A stretch of DNA of 64,000 nt from Lama guanicoe. Its lineage: Eukaryota. Of this stretch, positions 1 through 11,077 are shown piece by piece. Each line of letters opens with the position of its first letter. The stretch's first letter is position 1. Where the stretch lies: positions 1 to 64,000 of the forward strand of contig MU053754.1 in NCBI GenBank assembly GCA_013239625.1, read 5' to 3'. The position numbers and the translations under genes are program-made. The notes beneath the pieces were generated by a model. The model was not told the origin of the DNA, did no database searches, and was given only the letters and a program-made list of their open reading frames with translations.

Positions 1-306
1 CACAGATGAACCATGAGGACGTTGTGGTCAGTGACACACATCAGACACCAAAGGACAAATCCTGTGCGAGTCCACTGGCAGGAGGCACCTGCAGTCATCA
101 GATTCAGGGAGACAGAAAGGAGACTGGTGGGTGCCCTGGGCAAGGGGATCAGAAACTGTTGGGGGGATGTCATTTAATGGTGATAGAGTTTCAGTTTTGC
201 AGGGTGAAGAGTTCTGAAGGTAGAGGGCGGTGATGGTTTTTAACGAGGTGAACGTACTTCATGGTCCTCAACTGTACACTTAAAAATGATTATGATGGTA
301 AATTTT

Positions 307-438
307 GGGGGATGGGAATAGCTCAGTGGTAGAACACATGCTTAGCATGCACGAGATCCTGGGTCCAATCCCCAGTATCTCCATTAAAAAACATAAGGAA
401 AACAAAAAGGAAACATAAAAAAACAAAAAGGAAAAAGA
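307..438 (+). mobile_element. tRNA-Ala-derived SINE (camelid vic-1-like)
   Basis: A box tagctcagtggtaga, anticodon-arm-like catgcttagcatg, B-box-like ggtccaatcc, A-rich tail. TSD-like gatggtaaattttg / gatggttaattttg. Confidence 0.9.
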
Positions 439-649
439 AGATGGTTAATTTTGTTATGTGGATTTTATCACAGTTGCAAATAATTTTCAGCTGACGCCAT
501 GGGTCATAAAATAAGTAGTAACGCAGCCATGTACAAAGTATAATCGAATCCTCCCTCCATGCACACATGGCCCCGCCTACGTCCCGGGCAGTCACACTAC
601 GGCACACTCTTGTCGGGCAGCTCTCAGGACCTGTCTCTCTAAATGGATC

Positions 650-780
650 TGGGGTCCCACGGAGCTGAAATGTGATTCCTGCACTCATCCACTCGCCACA
701 TGTCCTCCAGCAGGTGATGTCACCTTTCAGCCTCACTTTGCTCACCTGTAAAACGGGTACAGTGCAGAGCCTGTTGCATT
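650..780 (+). mobile_element. MIR fragment (duplicate near 4392-4522)
   Basis: gtcacctttcagcctcactttgctcacctgtaaaacggg resembles the MIR core. Confidence 0.5.
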
Positions 781-1730
781 GGTGGGGACCTGTATAAAAC
801 AGACACCTGGAGCTTGGCAGTTTGATGCCATCTGAAGGGGCTGAGTTGTTCTTGCTGCCTCATTCTGAAGCCTTCTGCCCTCCTTTTCCCCACCAGGGTT
901 GGATTTGTATTTTTCTGCTGGTCTGAACTCCAGGGACCTTTCAGGGGCCTGACGTGGTGGGGTCTTTAAGAGATGGCAGGACAGTTAGTACCTTTGCTTG
1001 AGAAGTTCCCGGGCTCCTGGACTGGACCGGCAGGGACCTTATCTCCTGACAGGTACAGTCACTTCTGTGCCGTTACATCAGCCTTTTCTGTTTCTCTGTC
1101 TTGGACCTTTGCCGGGACACCTCGTGCAGCTTGCGGTACCCAGAGATGAACTCTGACAACTGGGAGGTGGGGAGGAACGCTTTTCAGGAGGTCAAATAGG
1201 ATCCAGTGTCAAATGCTCCTCAGACTCCGGTTTTCACGGTTTTCCTGGAATGTTTTGCTGTGCAGTGATGCCTTGAGAGCTTGTATGTCTTCTATCTAAT
1301 GAGCAAACCATGCAGAGTCGTTTCCAGGCAGACATGGAGAAGAAACATCAGGTGTGGGGGGCAGAAACAGCGTGGGGTGTTAGGGACGCGAGGAGCCCTT
1401 TTATTGTACGAGGTAGGAATGAGGCAGTCTGCGGGGACCGGTGCTGATGGCTCACAGGTGGCTGCTGGGGGCTGGGGACTGGGGGCGTCGCGCTGGGCTC
1501 CTTGCCGACGGCCCTCCCTCCTGTCTTGGGCTGCATCCGCTGGACCAGGGAGCCAGGGAGGATGTGACTCGGGGCTAGCAGATCCTTCAAACGTGCAGAA
1601 TAGACTGTCTCCCCAGCTCTTCTGCAGATTTCAGATGTCCACATAGACGTTGGGCAAGACACACTTTTTAAAAAATAACTTTCTTTGTGAATTCTCTTTT
1701 TTAAAAATTTGTGTGTGTGTATATATATAC

Positions 1731-2150
1731 ATTATTGAAGTCTAGTCGGTTTACAATGTCGTGTCAGTTTCTGGTGTACAACTCAATGCTTCAGTCATAC
1801 CTGAACATACATATATTCATTTTCATAATCTTTTTCTCCTTAAGTTACTACAAGATATTAAATATAGTTCCCTGTGCTATACAGAACTTGTTGTTTATCT
1901 ATTCTATGTATATTATTATCAGCAAACTCAAACTCCCAAGTTATCCCTTCCCCCTCCAGTAACCGTACGTTTGTTCTCTATGGCTGTGAGTCTGTTTCTG
2001 TTTTGTAAATAAGTTCATTTATCTTTTTTTTTTTTAGGTTGCACATGTAAGTGATCTCATATGGTATTTTTCTTTCTCTTTCTGGCTTACTTCACTTAGA
2101 ATGACGATCTCCAGGTCCATCCATGTTGCTGCAAATGGCATGATTTTATT
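1731..2150 (-). mobile_element. L1 3' end (artiodactyl/camelid type); duplicate at ~5473-5893
   Basis: tattgaagt..tttacaatg..tcagtttctggtgtaca..atagttccctgtgctatacag..ccatccatgttgctgcaaatggca is the reverse complement of an L1 3' UTR/ORF2 end. Confidence 0.88.
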
Positions 2151-3634
2151 ATTTACTTATGAATACTCCTTACACCATTGATTTAATTGTACTACATGTC
2201 CTGGAGTAGGCTGAAAACCACAAAGACCAGACCCACCAGCCAGGGTTGCACAGGCAGTGAAAACACTGAATGCATGAGAACATTTAGTTTAGAAGAATCA
2301 CAAGTGATCCAAATAGGTGTTTAAATCAATAGAAACAGTGTTTAGACACATATTCAGATGGGGTTTTTGCTGTCCTAGTGTCAGACTACTTTTCTTCACG
2401 AATTTAAAACAGGACATCTATTAGACAACACTTTGTGGACCAAATTTCATTGATACGTAGCTTGAATTGAACAAAAACTGCATTTCTTCTAAACAAAATA
2501 TGCTTTGCAATACAGGTTTTTCTTTGTTTTCAATAACCCTTTTCCCCATCAAGCAAATAGATCGGGAGCATTTTGGTTGCCCTGGTAAAGTTTCCATTAT
2601 GTAAGCGCAGTGTTAATTTTCCTTTAATGAACAAATTTAATGTAATTACATCTCTAGTTATGAAAATGTTCTCTTGTCTCTCTGCTTCATAATAATTCTG
2701 GTTCAGGAATAGCTACTTCTTCGAAAAAGTTTTTTTCTTCTGCTTGCTTTTTTGCCAAATTAAGGTTGTTCAGAAAAATAATTTAATATTTTCCAGGGGG
2801 GGAAATTATTCTGTTTTTCAGAAGTTAATGTGCCGTACTCTTGATATCTTGGAGCACTTCCATTTAATTTTTAAGCACTTTTATCAACTAACTCTGTTTT
2901 AATAGTTTGAAACATCTTTATAAACACCTTGCTCTAATCCATGTTTGTGGGGGGAAAAAAGTTCCGGTGACTTCAGACAGTAATAATGTAAATGCAGGGG
3001 GATTCTAAGTGGCTATTAAGAAACGTAAAGTTTCAAACATTCTCTCTTGGGCTGGTTGGTATTTCTCACGGTAGCCCTGATATCTACCCAGGCATATTTT
3101 GGAGATGTAATTAATGCTCCGCTGTCCCAGCGAGCTAACCAAAACCATCTGGCAGTTCAGAAATTAATATAGATATTAATAATTATTAATGGGATTTTAC
3201 CCTGTTGGATTTCAGTTAAAAAGTTCTACACCTGAACTAGCCCTCTCACTGAAAGCACAGAAAGTTGAAATGATTTTTTTTTTCCAAAGGGCACACGTAT
3301 ATACAATGGATTCTTAAGACGGTGACATCTTGGCACAGAGAGGGTTTAAAATCTTAAATCCTATGCGTTTTCTGCCTTCCTGGTGCTGTTTGATGGCTAA
3401 CAGCCGCAGTCTCTTTCCAGAGAGCAAGTGTGGAGTACTGTTCACTGCCCTCTCTTTTTAGATCTTTTATCTTATTTTATTTTATTTTATTTTATTTTTT
3501 ATTGAAGGGTAGTCAGTTACAATGTGTCAGTTTCTGGTGTACAGCATCAACTGTGTAATAGTGGTCAAAGTCCAGGGTTAGCGTTAATCATGATTAATGA
3601 TTTGGTGTCTCCTTGTCTATTTTATCTTATAAAA

Positions 3635-4225
3635 TTATTCAATTGCCATCAGCAGAGGAGTGCGTACACAAAATGTGGTCCAATCCCGCAACAGGATGTG
3701 ATTCGGCCTTAAAAAGGGGGAAGATTCTGACACATGCTACGGCACAGATGAACCATGAGGACGTTGTGGTCAGTGACACACATCAGACACCAAAGGACAA
3801 ATCCTGTGCGAGTCCACTGGCAGGAGGCACCTGCAGTCATCAGATTCAGGGAGACAGAAAGGAGACTGGTGGGTGCCCTGGGCAAGGGGATCAGAAACTG
3901 TTGGGGGGATGTCATTTAATGGTGATAGAGTTTCAGTTTTGCAGGGTGAAGAGTTCTGAAGGTAGAGGGCGGTGATGGTTTTTAACGAGGTGAACGTACT
4001 TCATGGTCCTCAACTGTACACTTAAAAATGATTATGATGGTAAATTTTGGGGGATGGGAATAGCTCAGTGGTAGAACACATGCTTAGCATGCACGAGGTC
4101 CTGGGTCCAATCCCCAGTATCTCCATTAAAAAACATAAGGAAAACAAAAAGGAAACATAAAAAAACAAAAAGGAAAAAGAAGATGGTTAATTTTGTTATG
4201 TGGATTTTATCACAGTTGCAAATAA
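3635..4225 (+). mobile_element. Old L1 (L1MB-like) 3' end, interrupted by a SINE; partial duplicate at 1-485
   Basis: aaaaag..gattctgacacatgctac..gatgaacc..gagtttcagttttgca..actgtacacttaaaaatg resembles the L1MB 3' UTR. The element resumes after the SINE. Confidence 0.75.
4049..4180 (+). mobile_element. tRNA-Ala-derived SINE (duplicate of 307-438)
   Basis: Same sequence at offset 3742 with one substitution. Confidence 0.9.
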
Positions 4226-7199
4226 TTTTCAGCTGACGCCATGGGTCATAAAATAAGTAGTAATGCAGCCATGTACAAAGTATAATTGAATCCTCCCTCC
4301 ATGCACACATGGCCCCGCCTACGTCCCGGGCAGTCACACTACGGCACACTCTTGTCGGGCAGCTCTCAGGACCTGTCTCTCTAAATGGATCTGGGGTCCC
4401 ACGGAGCTGAAATGTGATTCCTGCACTCATCCACTCGCCACATGTCCTCCAGCAGGTGATGTCACCTTTCAGCCTCACTTTGCTCACCTGTAAAACGGGT
4501 ACAGTGCAGAGCCTGTTGCATTGGTGGGGACCTGTATAAAACAGACACCTGGAGCTTGGCAGTTTGATGCCATCTGAAGGGGCTGAGTTGTTCTTGCTGC
4601 CTCATTCTGAAGCCTTCTGCCCTCCTTTTCCCCACCAGGGTTGGATTTGTATTTTTCTGCTGGTCTGAACTCCAGGGACCTTTCAGGGGCCTGACGTGGT
4701 GGGGTCTTTAAGAGATGGCAGGACAGTTAGTACCTTTGCTTGAGAAGTTCCCGGGCTCCTGGACTGGACCGGCAGGGACCTTATCTCCTGACAGGTACAG
4801 TCACTTCTGTGCCGTTACATCAGCCTTTTCTGTTTCTCTGTCTTGGACCTTTGCCGGGACACCTCGTGCAGCTTGCGGTACCCAGAGATGAACTCTGACA
4901 ACTGGGAGGTGGGGAGGAACGCTTTTCAGGAGGTCAAATAGGATCCAGTGTCAAATGCTCCTCAGACTCCGGTTTTCACGGTTTTCCTGGAATGTTTTGC
5001 TGTGCAGTGATGCCTTGAGAGCTTGTATGTCTTCTATCTAATGAGCAAACCATGCAGAGTCGTTTCCAGGCAGACATGGAGAAGAAACATCAGGTGTGGG
5101 GGGCAGAAACAGCGTGGGGTGTTAGGGACGCGAGGAGCCCTTTTATTGTACGAGGTAGGAATGAGGCAGTCTGCGGGGACCGGTGCTGATGGCTCACAGG
5201 TGGCTGCTGGGGGCTGGGGACTGGGGGCGTCGCGCTGGGCTCCTTGCCGACGGCCCTCCCTCCTGTCTTGGGCTGCATCCGCTGGACCAGGGAGCCAGGG
5301 AGGATGTGACTCGGGGCTAGCAGATCCTTCAAACGTGCAGAATAGACTGTCTCCCCAGCTCTTCTGCAGATTTCAGATGTCCACATAGACGTTGGGCAAG
5401 ACACACTTTTTAAAAAATAACTTTCTTTGTGAATTCTCTTTTTTAAAAATTTGTGTGTGTGTATATATATACATTATTGAAGTCTAGTCGGTTTACAATG
5501 TCGTGTCAGTTTCTGGTGTACAACTCAATGCTTCAGTCATACCTGAACATACATATATTCATTTTCATAATCTTTTTCTCCTTAAGTTACTACAAGATAT
5601 TAAATATAGTTCCCTGTGCTATACAGAACTTGTTGTTTATCTATTCTATGTATATTATTATCAGCAAACTCAAACTCCCAAGTTATCCCTTCCCCCTCCA
5701 GTAACCGTACGTTTGTTCTCTATGGCTGTGAGTCTGTTTCTGTTTTGTAAATAAGTTCATTTATCTTTTTTTTTTTTTAGGTTGCACATGTAAGTGATCT
5801 CATATGGTATTTTTCTTTCTCTTTCTGGCTTACTTCACTTAGAATGACGATCTCCAGGTCCATCCATGTTGCTGCAAATGGCATGATTTTATTATTTACT
5901 TATGAATACTCCTTACACCATTGATTTAATTGTACTACATGTCCTGGAGTAGGCTGAAAACCACAAAGACCAGACCCACCAGCCAGGGTTGCACAGGCAG
6001 TGAAAACACTGAATGCATGAGAACATTTAGTTTAGAAGAATCACAAGTGATCCAAATAGGTGTTTAAATCAATAGAAACAGTGTTTAGACACATATTCAG
6101 ATGGGGTTTTTGCTGTCCTAGTGTCAGACTACTTTTCTTCACGAATTTAAAACAGGACATCTATTAGACAACACTTTGTGGACCAAATTTCATTGATACG
6201 TAGCTTGAATTGAACAAAAACTGCATTTCTTCTAAACAAAATATGCTTTGCAATACAGGTTTTTCTTTGTTTTCAATAACCCTTTTCCCCATCAAGCAAA
6301 TAGATCGGGAGCATTTTGGTTGCCCTGGTAAAGTTTCCATTATGTAAGCGCAGTGTTAATTTTCCTTTAATGAACAAATTTAATGTAATTACATCTCTAG
6401 TTATGAAAATGTTCTCTTGTCTCTCTGCTTCATAATAATTCTGGTTCAGGAATAGCTACTTCTTCGAAAAAGTTTTTTTCTTCTGCTTGCTTTTTTGCCA
6501 AATTAAGGTTGTTCAGAAAAATAATTTAATATTTTCCAGGGGGGGAAATTATTCTGTTTTTCAGAAGTTAATGTGCCGTACTCTTGATATCTTGGAGCAC
6601 TTCCATTTAATTTTTAAGCACTTTTATCAACTAACTCTGTTTTAATAGTTTGAAACATCTTTATAAACACCTTGCTCTAATCCATGTTTGTGGGGGGAAA
6701 AAAGTTCCGGTGACTTCAGACAGTAATAATGTAAATGCAGGGGGATTCTAAGTGGCTATTAAGAAACGTAAAGTTTCAAACATTCTCTCTTGGGCTGGTT
6801 GGTATTTCTCACGGTAGCCCTGATATCTACCCAGGCATATTTTGGAGATGTAATTAATGCTCCGCTGTCCCAGCGAGCTAACCAAAACCATCTGGCAGTT
6901 CAGAAATTAATATAGATATTAATAATTATTAATGGGATTTTACCCTGTTGGATTTCAGTTAAAAAGTTCTACACCTGAACTAGCCCTCTCACTGAAAGCA
7001 CAGAAAGTTGAAATGATTTTTTTTTTCCAAAGGGCACACGTATATACAATGGATTCTTAAGACGGTGACATCTTGGCACAGAGAGGGTTTAAAATCTTAA
7101 ATCCTATGCGTTTTCTGCCTTCCTGGTGCTGTTTGATGGCTAACAGCCGCAGTCTCTTTCCAGAGAGCAAGTGTGGAGTACTGTTCACTGCCCTCTCTT

Positions 7200-7309
7200 T
7201 TTAGATCTTTTATCTTATTTTATTTTATTTTATTTTTTATTGAAGGGTAGTCAGTTACAATGTGTCAGTTTCTGGTGTACAGCATCATGTCCCAGTCATG
7301 CACATATAC
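7200..7309 (-). mobile_element. Short L1 3' tail (truncated duplicate at ~3460-3549)
   Basis: (TTTTA)n tail then ttattgaagggtagtcagttacaatgtgtcagtttctggtgtacagc. Degenerate TSD gccctctcttt / gccctttcttt. Confidence 0.8.
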
Positions 7310-7379
7310 GCCCTTTCTTTCTGACACTTCCTCTCTAGTCAGTTACCAAGCTCTACTGATGGCATCTCAGTGCAGTTCT

Positions 7380-7660
7380 CTTCTGCTCTGTCACTTCTCC
7401 CCACCTAGTCTGGGTACCAACCTCTTTGTAGGGTCATGGCCATCATCTTCACATCCGCCACAGCCTCTGCCCGTCTGTCCATCACAGAGTAGCAGAAGGA
7501 CCATCTGAGAAAGGAAATCAAACCTGCCTTTCACTCCCTGATTAAAATCTTCACAGTCCCTCCATCACTTCTAGATAAAGAGGAAAATCCTTAGTAGGCT
7601 GACTGCATCCTCCCTGTCTGACCCCTGCTATTTCTTAGACTTTTCTCCACCTCATCACCT
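7380..7660 (+). mobile_element. L2 fragment
   Basis: aaatcaaacctgcctttcactccctgattaaaatcttcacagtccctccatcacttctagataaag..tctgacccctgc resembles the L2 3' region. Confidence 0.55.
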
Positions 7661-8295
7661 CATAGTAGGAGAAAAGACAGTTTCGCATGAAAGAACAGAA
7701 ACAAACCAAAAAAAAAAAAAAAAAAACAAAGGCATGTGCATTCAGCCGTTGACACAAGCACAGGAAAAAAAAAAATCAAACCATGGAGAGAAATACAGTA
7801 GCTGAGTGGTTCTCCGAATAGCTGGTTTATGTTTTTGTTTTTTCCTTCTGTATGCTTAGCCTGTAACTCAATATAGAAGAAAAAATTTATTTGGAAACAA
7901 AAAATCAGATTCAATTTTTGTGTGCAGTAAAAGCAGAGTAGCCCAAAGCAGGTGTCTGAAGAGCTGGATTTGGGGTGGAACTTTACTTGAGACTCACACA
8001 GAGCCTGAGTTTTGCTCCATTTAATCTCTTTCAGCCACCTCTGTCTGGGCTGCTACGGACTTTCTTCCTCTTCTGGCATTTTCAATTTTCAGTTGTAAAA
8101 CAAATTCAATTTTTACATGTTTGTTGAGCTGAGCCACATCTCTCTAAATTACTTACATAAATTCTGACCACTTACTCATAATGAAACATTTTCGTAAAAT
8201 GGGTCCATCATGACCTTGTGAGTCACCACCATGGAAAGCTTTTTTCAGGTCCTCATCAACACAACTGAACTCCTCATCTTCAGCTGTTATACTTT

Positions 8296-8800
8296 GTATT
8301 AGGTATCTACTGCTGTGTAACAAACGACCCCATCCCAAACTTAGCAGCTTAATGCAACAGACATTTGTTATCTCCCAGGCACTGTGGGTCGGGAACCCAG
8401 GCACAGCTTAGCATGTTCTTCTGCTCTGATGAAGGTACCAGCCAGGGCGGTGGTTTCATCTGATGGTTCAATGCGGGCAGGGTCCATTTATAACCTCACT
8501 GGGTTGAGTTCCTTGTAGGCTATTGGCCTGAGAGTCCCAAGATGGCCTCCCTCAGTTCCTCGTCATGGGATCTCTCCAGTGTGGCAACTCAGTTCATCAA
8601 AATCCAGCATGAGGTAGAATCTGCTAAAAAGATAGAGGTTATCGTGTTTTGCAGCCTAATCACAGAAGTGATGTCCCACCACTATGTCCATCTTCTGTTG
8701 GTTGGGACAGAGTTGCAAGGTCTAGCCGCGGGGAGGGGGTTATGCAAGATGTGAATTCCAGGGTTGGTGTCATTAGGCCATCTTTTAGTTGCACCCCGCA
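8296..8800 (-). mobile_element. MLT1-family MaLR LTR
   Basis: Starts tgtattaggtatctactgctgtgtaacaaac..cccaaacttagcagcttaa..caacagacatttgttatct, a typical MLT1 terminus. Confidence 0.75.
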
Positions 8801-8929
8801 TTTTTGTTTAAAGCTCTATTCTGCTACTTATTATTGGTTTCACAGAACTGTAATGACAGTGCTGATAGCTACAACTAACAAGTCGTGGCCCCTGTGAGTC
8901 CCTAACTGAATCATAGTGCTACGTATACC

Positions 8930-9050
8930 ATGTTATCCTCACAGTCATCCCCATTTTACAGAAGAAAATGTCGACCAAGAGGCTGAATGAACACCCCATG
9001 GTTTCTCTGCTAGGAAGTAGGGGAGCCAGGATTGAGATCTAATCTGCAGG
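8930..9050 (-). mobile_element. MIR fragment
   Basis: atccccattttacagaagaaaa..ggagccaggattga. Confidence 0.6.
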
Positions 9051-9352
9051 GACCCCGTCTGTCAATCTGCTGCTCATTTTAGTGGGTTCTGGGCTCACGG
9101 ACTCCCTCCCTGGGCCAGCTGGGTCCTTGCAGAGTGGTTCTGTGTCTCATTCAACCATGAAACCACTACGAGACTGTCATGATGTCTCTTTGCCAGTTCT
9201 TAATCCCATAAGCATGTGTTAAATTGAAATGGCTCTGGTTGAACTGTCAGTGAATGACTTTTAGTTGCAGGGTTATTGGTAGATTAGAATACTCCCAAAA
9301 AGTTATATTTGTCTCACACTGCATCTTTTATTCCTGGAGGAAGGGAATGTTC

Positions 9353-10006
9353 TTTTTTTTTTCAAGCTTAATTAAGGTATAATTGGCCAGTAAAATTGTA
9401 TGTATTTAAAATGAAAATACAGCGATTCGATACAGGTATACATTATGCAATGATTACCACAGTCAAATTAATTAACACATTCGTCACCTCACACAGTTAT
9501 CAGGTTTTTTTTTAAATGGTTAAGATGCTTAAGGTCTACTGTTTAAGCACATTTCAAGTCAATATTACAGTATTATTAACTATAGTTACCTTGCTGTATG
9601 TTACTTCTCAGAACTTACTCATCTTCTAACTGGAAGTTTATACCCTTGGACCAACATCCCCCCATTTCTCCTCCCGCCTTGACCCATGGCAACCACCATT
9701 ATACCCTCTGCTTCTATGAATTCAACACTTTTTTTAGATTCCACACATGAGTCAGATCATACATTTTATGCGATTCCGCTGTTGGCTTATTTCCCTTAGG
9801 ATAGCGTTCTCCAGATGTATCCATGTTGTCGCACGTGGCCGAGTTTCCCTCTTTTTGAGGCTGAGTAACATTCCGTGATACCATGGAATTGTCTTTATCC
9901 ATTCATCCATCCCTCGATGCTAAGGTAGTCTCTGCATCTTGGCTATTGTGACTAACACTGTAGTGAAGTGGAGTATGGGTATGTCTCTCTTTGAGATCCT
10001 GATTTC
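9353..10006 (-). mobile_element. L1MA-like 3' end
   Basis: T-tail then ctttaattaaggtataattg..ttagattccacacatgagt..tccattcatcc..cttggctattgtg..tgagatcctgatttc. Confidence 0.85.
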
Positions 10007-10833
10007 GTGGAGACTCTCTATTTCCAGCCTCTCAGTGGAATGCTCCATACCACAGATAGCGTCTCGGTGATATACTACTCACTCAAGGAGATCATGCTTT
10101 ATGCCCAAGACCTCATGACTGCTGGCCTGAGCTGAGACCCCTGACTCTTAAGCCTCCACTCCTTCCTCTACCTCCCAAGAAACAGAAAAGCCACCCGAGA
10201 GAGTTGGGAATGAGAGGGTGTTTCCTAGAAGTGCAGATGGAATGGTCACATTTCCCTGGCTCGGTATCTGTAGAGGAAGGGCGAGGGTGCCGAGTTTGCA
10301 TTTATGGAAAGGTCTTTGGAAGTGGGGTAGATGAGTGGGGAGATTGATCGAGAGAGAGAAAGGTGTAGCTCCAAGTTGTCCTCGCCTGGGGGTGAGGATC
10401 CTTTCATCCAGGCAAGATGACTGGAGAAGGAACCTCTGATGAAAAGGCACGGTCGGGGAGATGGGCCGCGAGGACCAGAGACGGATAAGCAACAGGTCAG
10501 GCAAGAGGAGAAGGAATATTCGGAGGTTCGGGTCCTCTTTGAAAAGCCCCTGGGAGAGTGTTGCCCAAGTGCACAGGAATCCAAGGGCTTCTGTAACCGG
10601 CGGGGGGATGTTATGGCCGGGGAACGTTATGTGTTAGCATTGAACGTGTGCTCGTGGGCGCGAGGAGAAGCTCAGTCATTCTGATGGGTTGCAGTTTCCA
10701 AATCGTCCCACAGAAGCCAAGCTGCCCGACTGTGAGACCACAGGGAGTGAGCCGTAATCATGTTACGTCCAGGAGCAAAGTTTCACTGATGATTTTATAG
10801 ACGGTGAGAAGGGTGACATGAGGAAAGTAAATG

Positions 10834-11077
10834 GGTGGTTCTCCACTGGGGGTGATTGTGTCCCCCAGGGGATAGGTGGCAGTGTCTGGAGACATTGTGG
10901 TTGTCATGACACAGGGTGAGAGGGTGGGCTCCAGGCGTGGAGTGGGGGGAGGCCAGGGACCCTGATGAACACCCGCCAGGGAGCTGCCCAGGCCACATCA
11001 CGGGGAATCGTCCCATCTCCCCCCACCGAGAATCGTCCTGTCCTGAATGTCAGTGCTTCCAAGGCTGAGAAACCCTG
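10834..11077 (+). mobile_element. MER20 (hAT-Charlie DNA transposon), near full length
   Basis: gtggttctccactgggggtgattgtgtcccccagggga..tgtctggagacatt..ggttgtca..gaggccaggga..aatgtca..aggctgagaaaccctg follows the MER20 consensus from end to end. Confidence 0.85.

Larger units (their letters stand above)
1..3549 (+). repeat. Tandem duplication copy A (begins upstream of the window)
   Basis: Position 1 aligns to 3743 (offset 3742). Identity continues to ...gtacagcatca at 3549 = 7287. Confidence 0.97.
3550..7287 (+). repeat. Tandem duplication copy B (~3.74 kb unit)
   Basis: Identical ORF pairs in the track (1281/5023, 1348/5090, 1711/5453, 1761/5503) and direct sequence comparison. Confidence 0.97.

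Noticed and set aside
307..385. tRNA-Ala(AGC) gene, and the other tRNA-like copies
   Set aside because: They have imperfect acceptor stems, a shared non-tRNA 3' extension or A-rich tail, TSDs in several cases and ten dispersed copies: SINEs, not tRNA genes.
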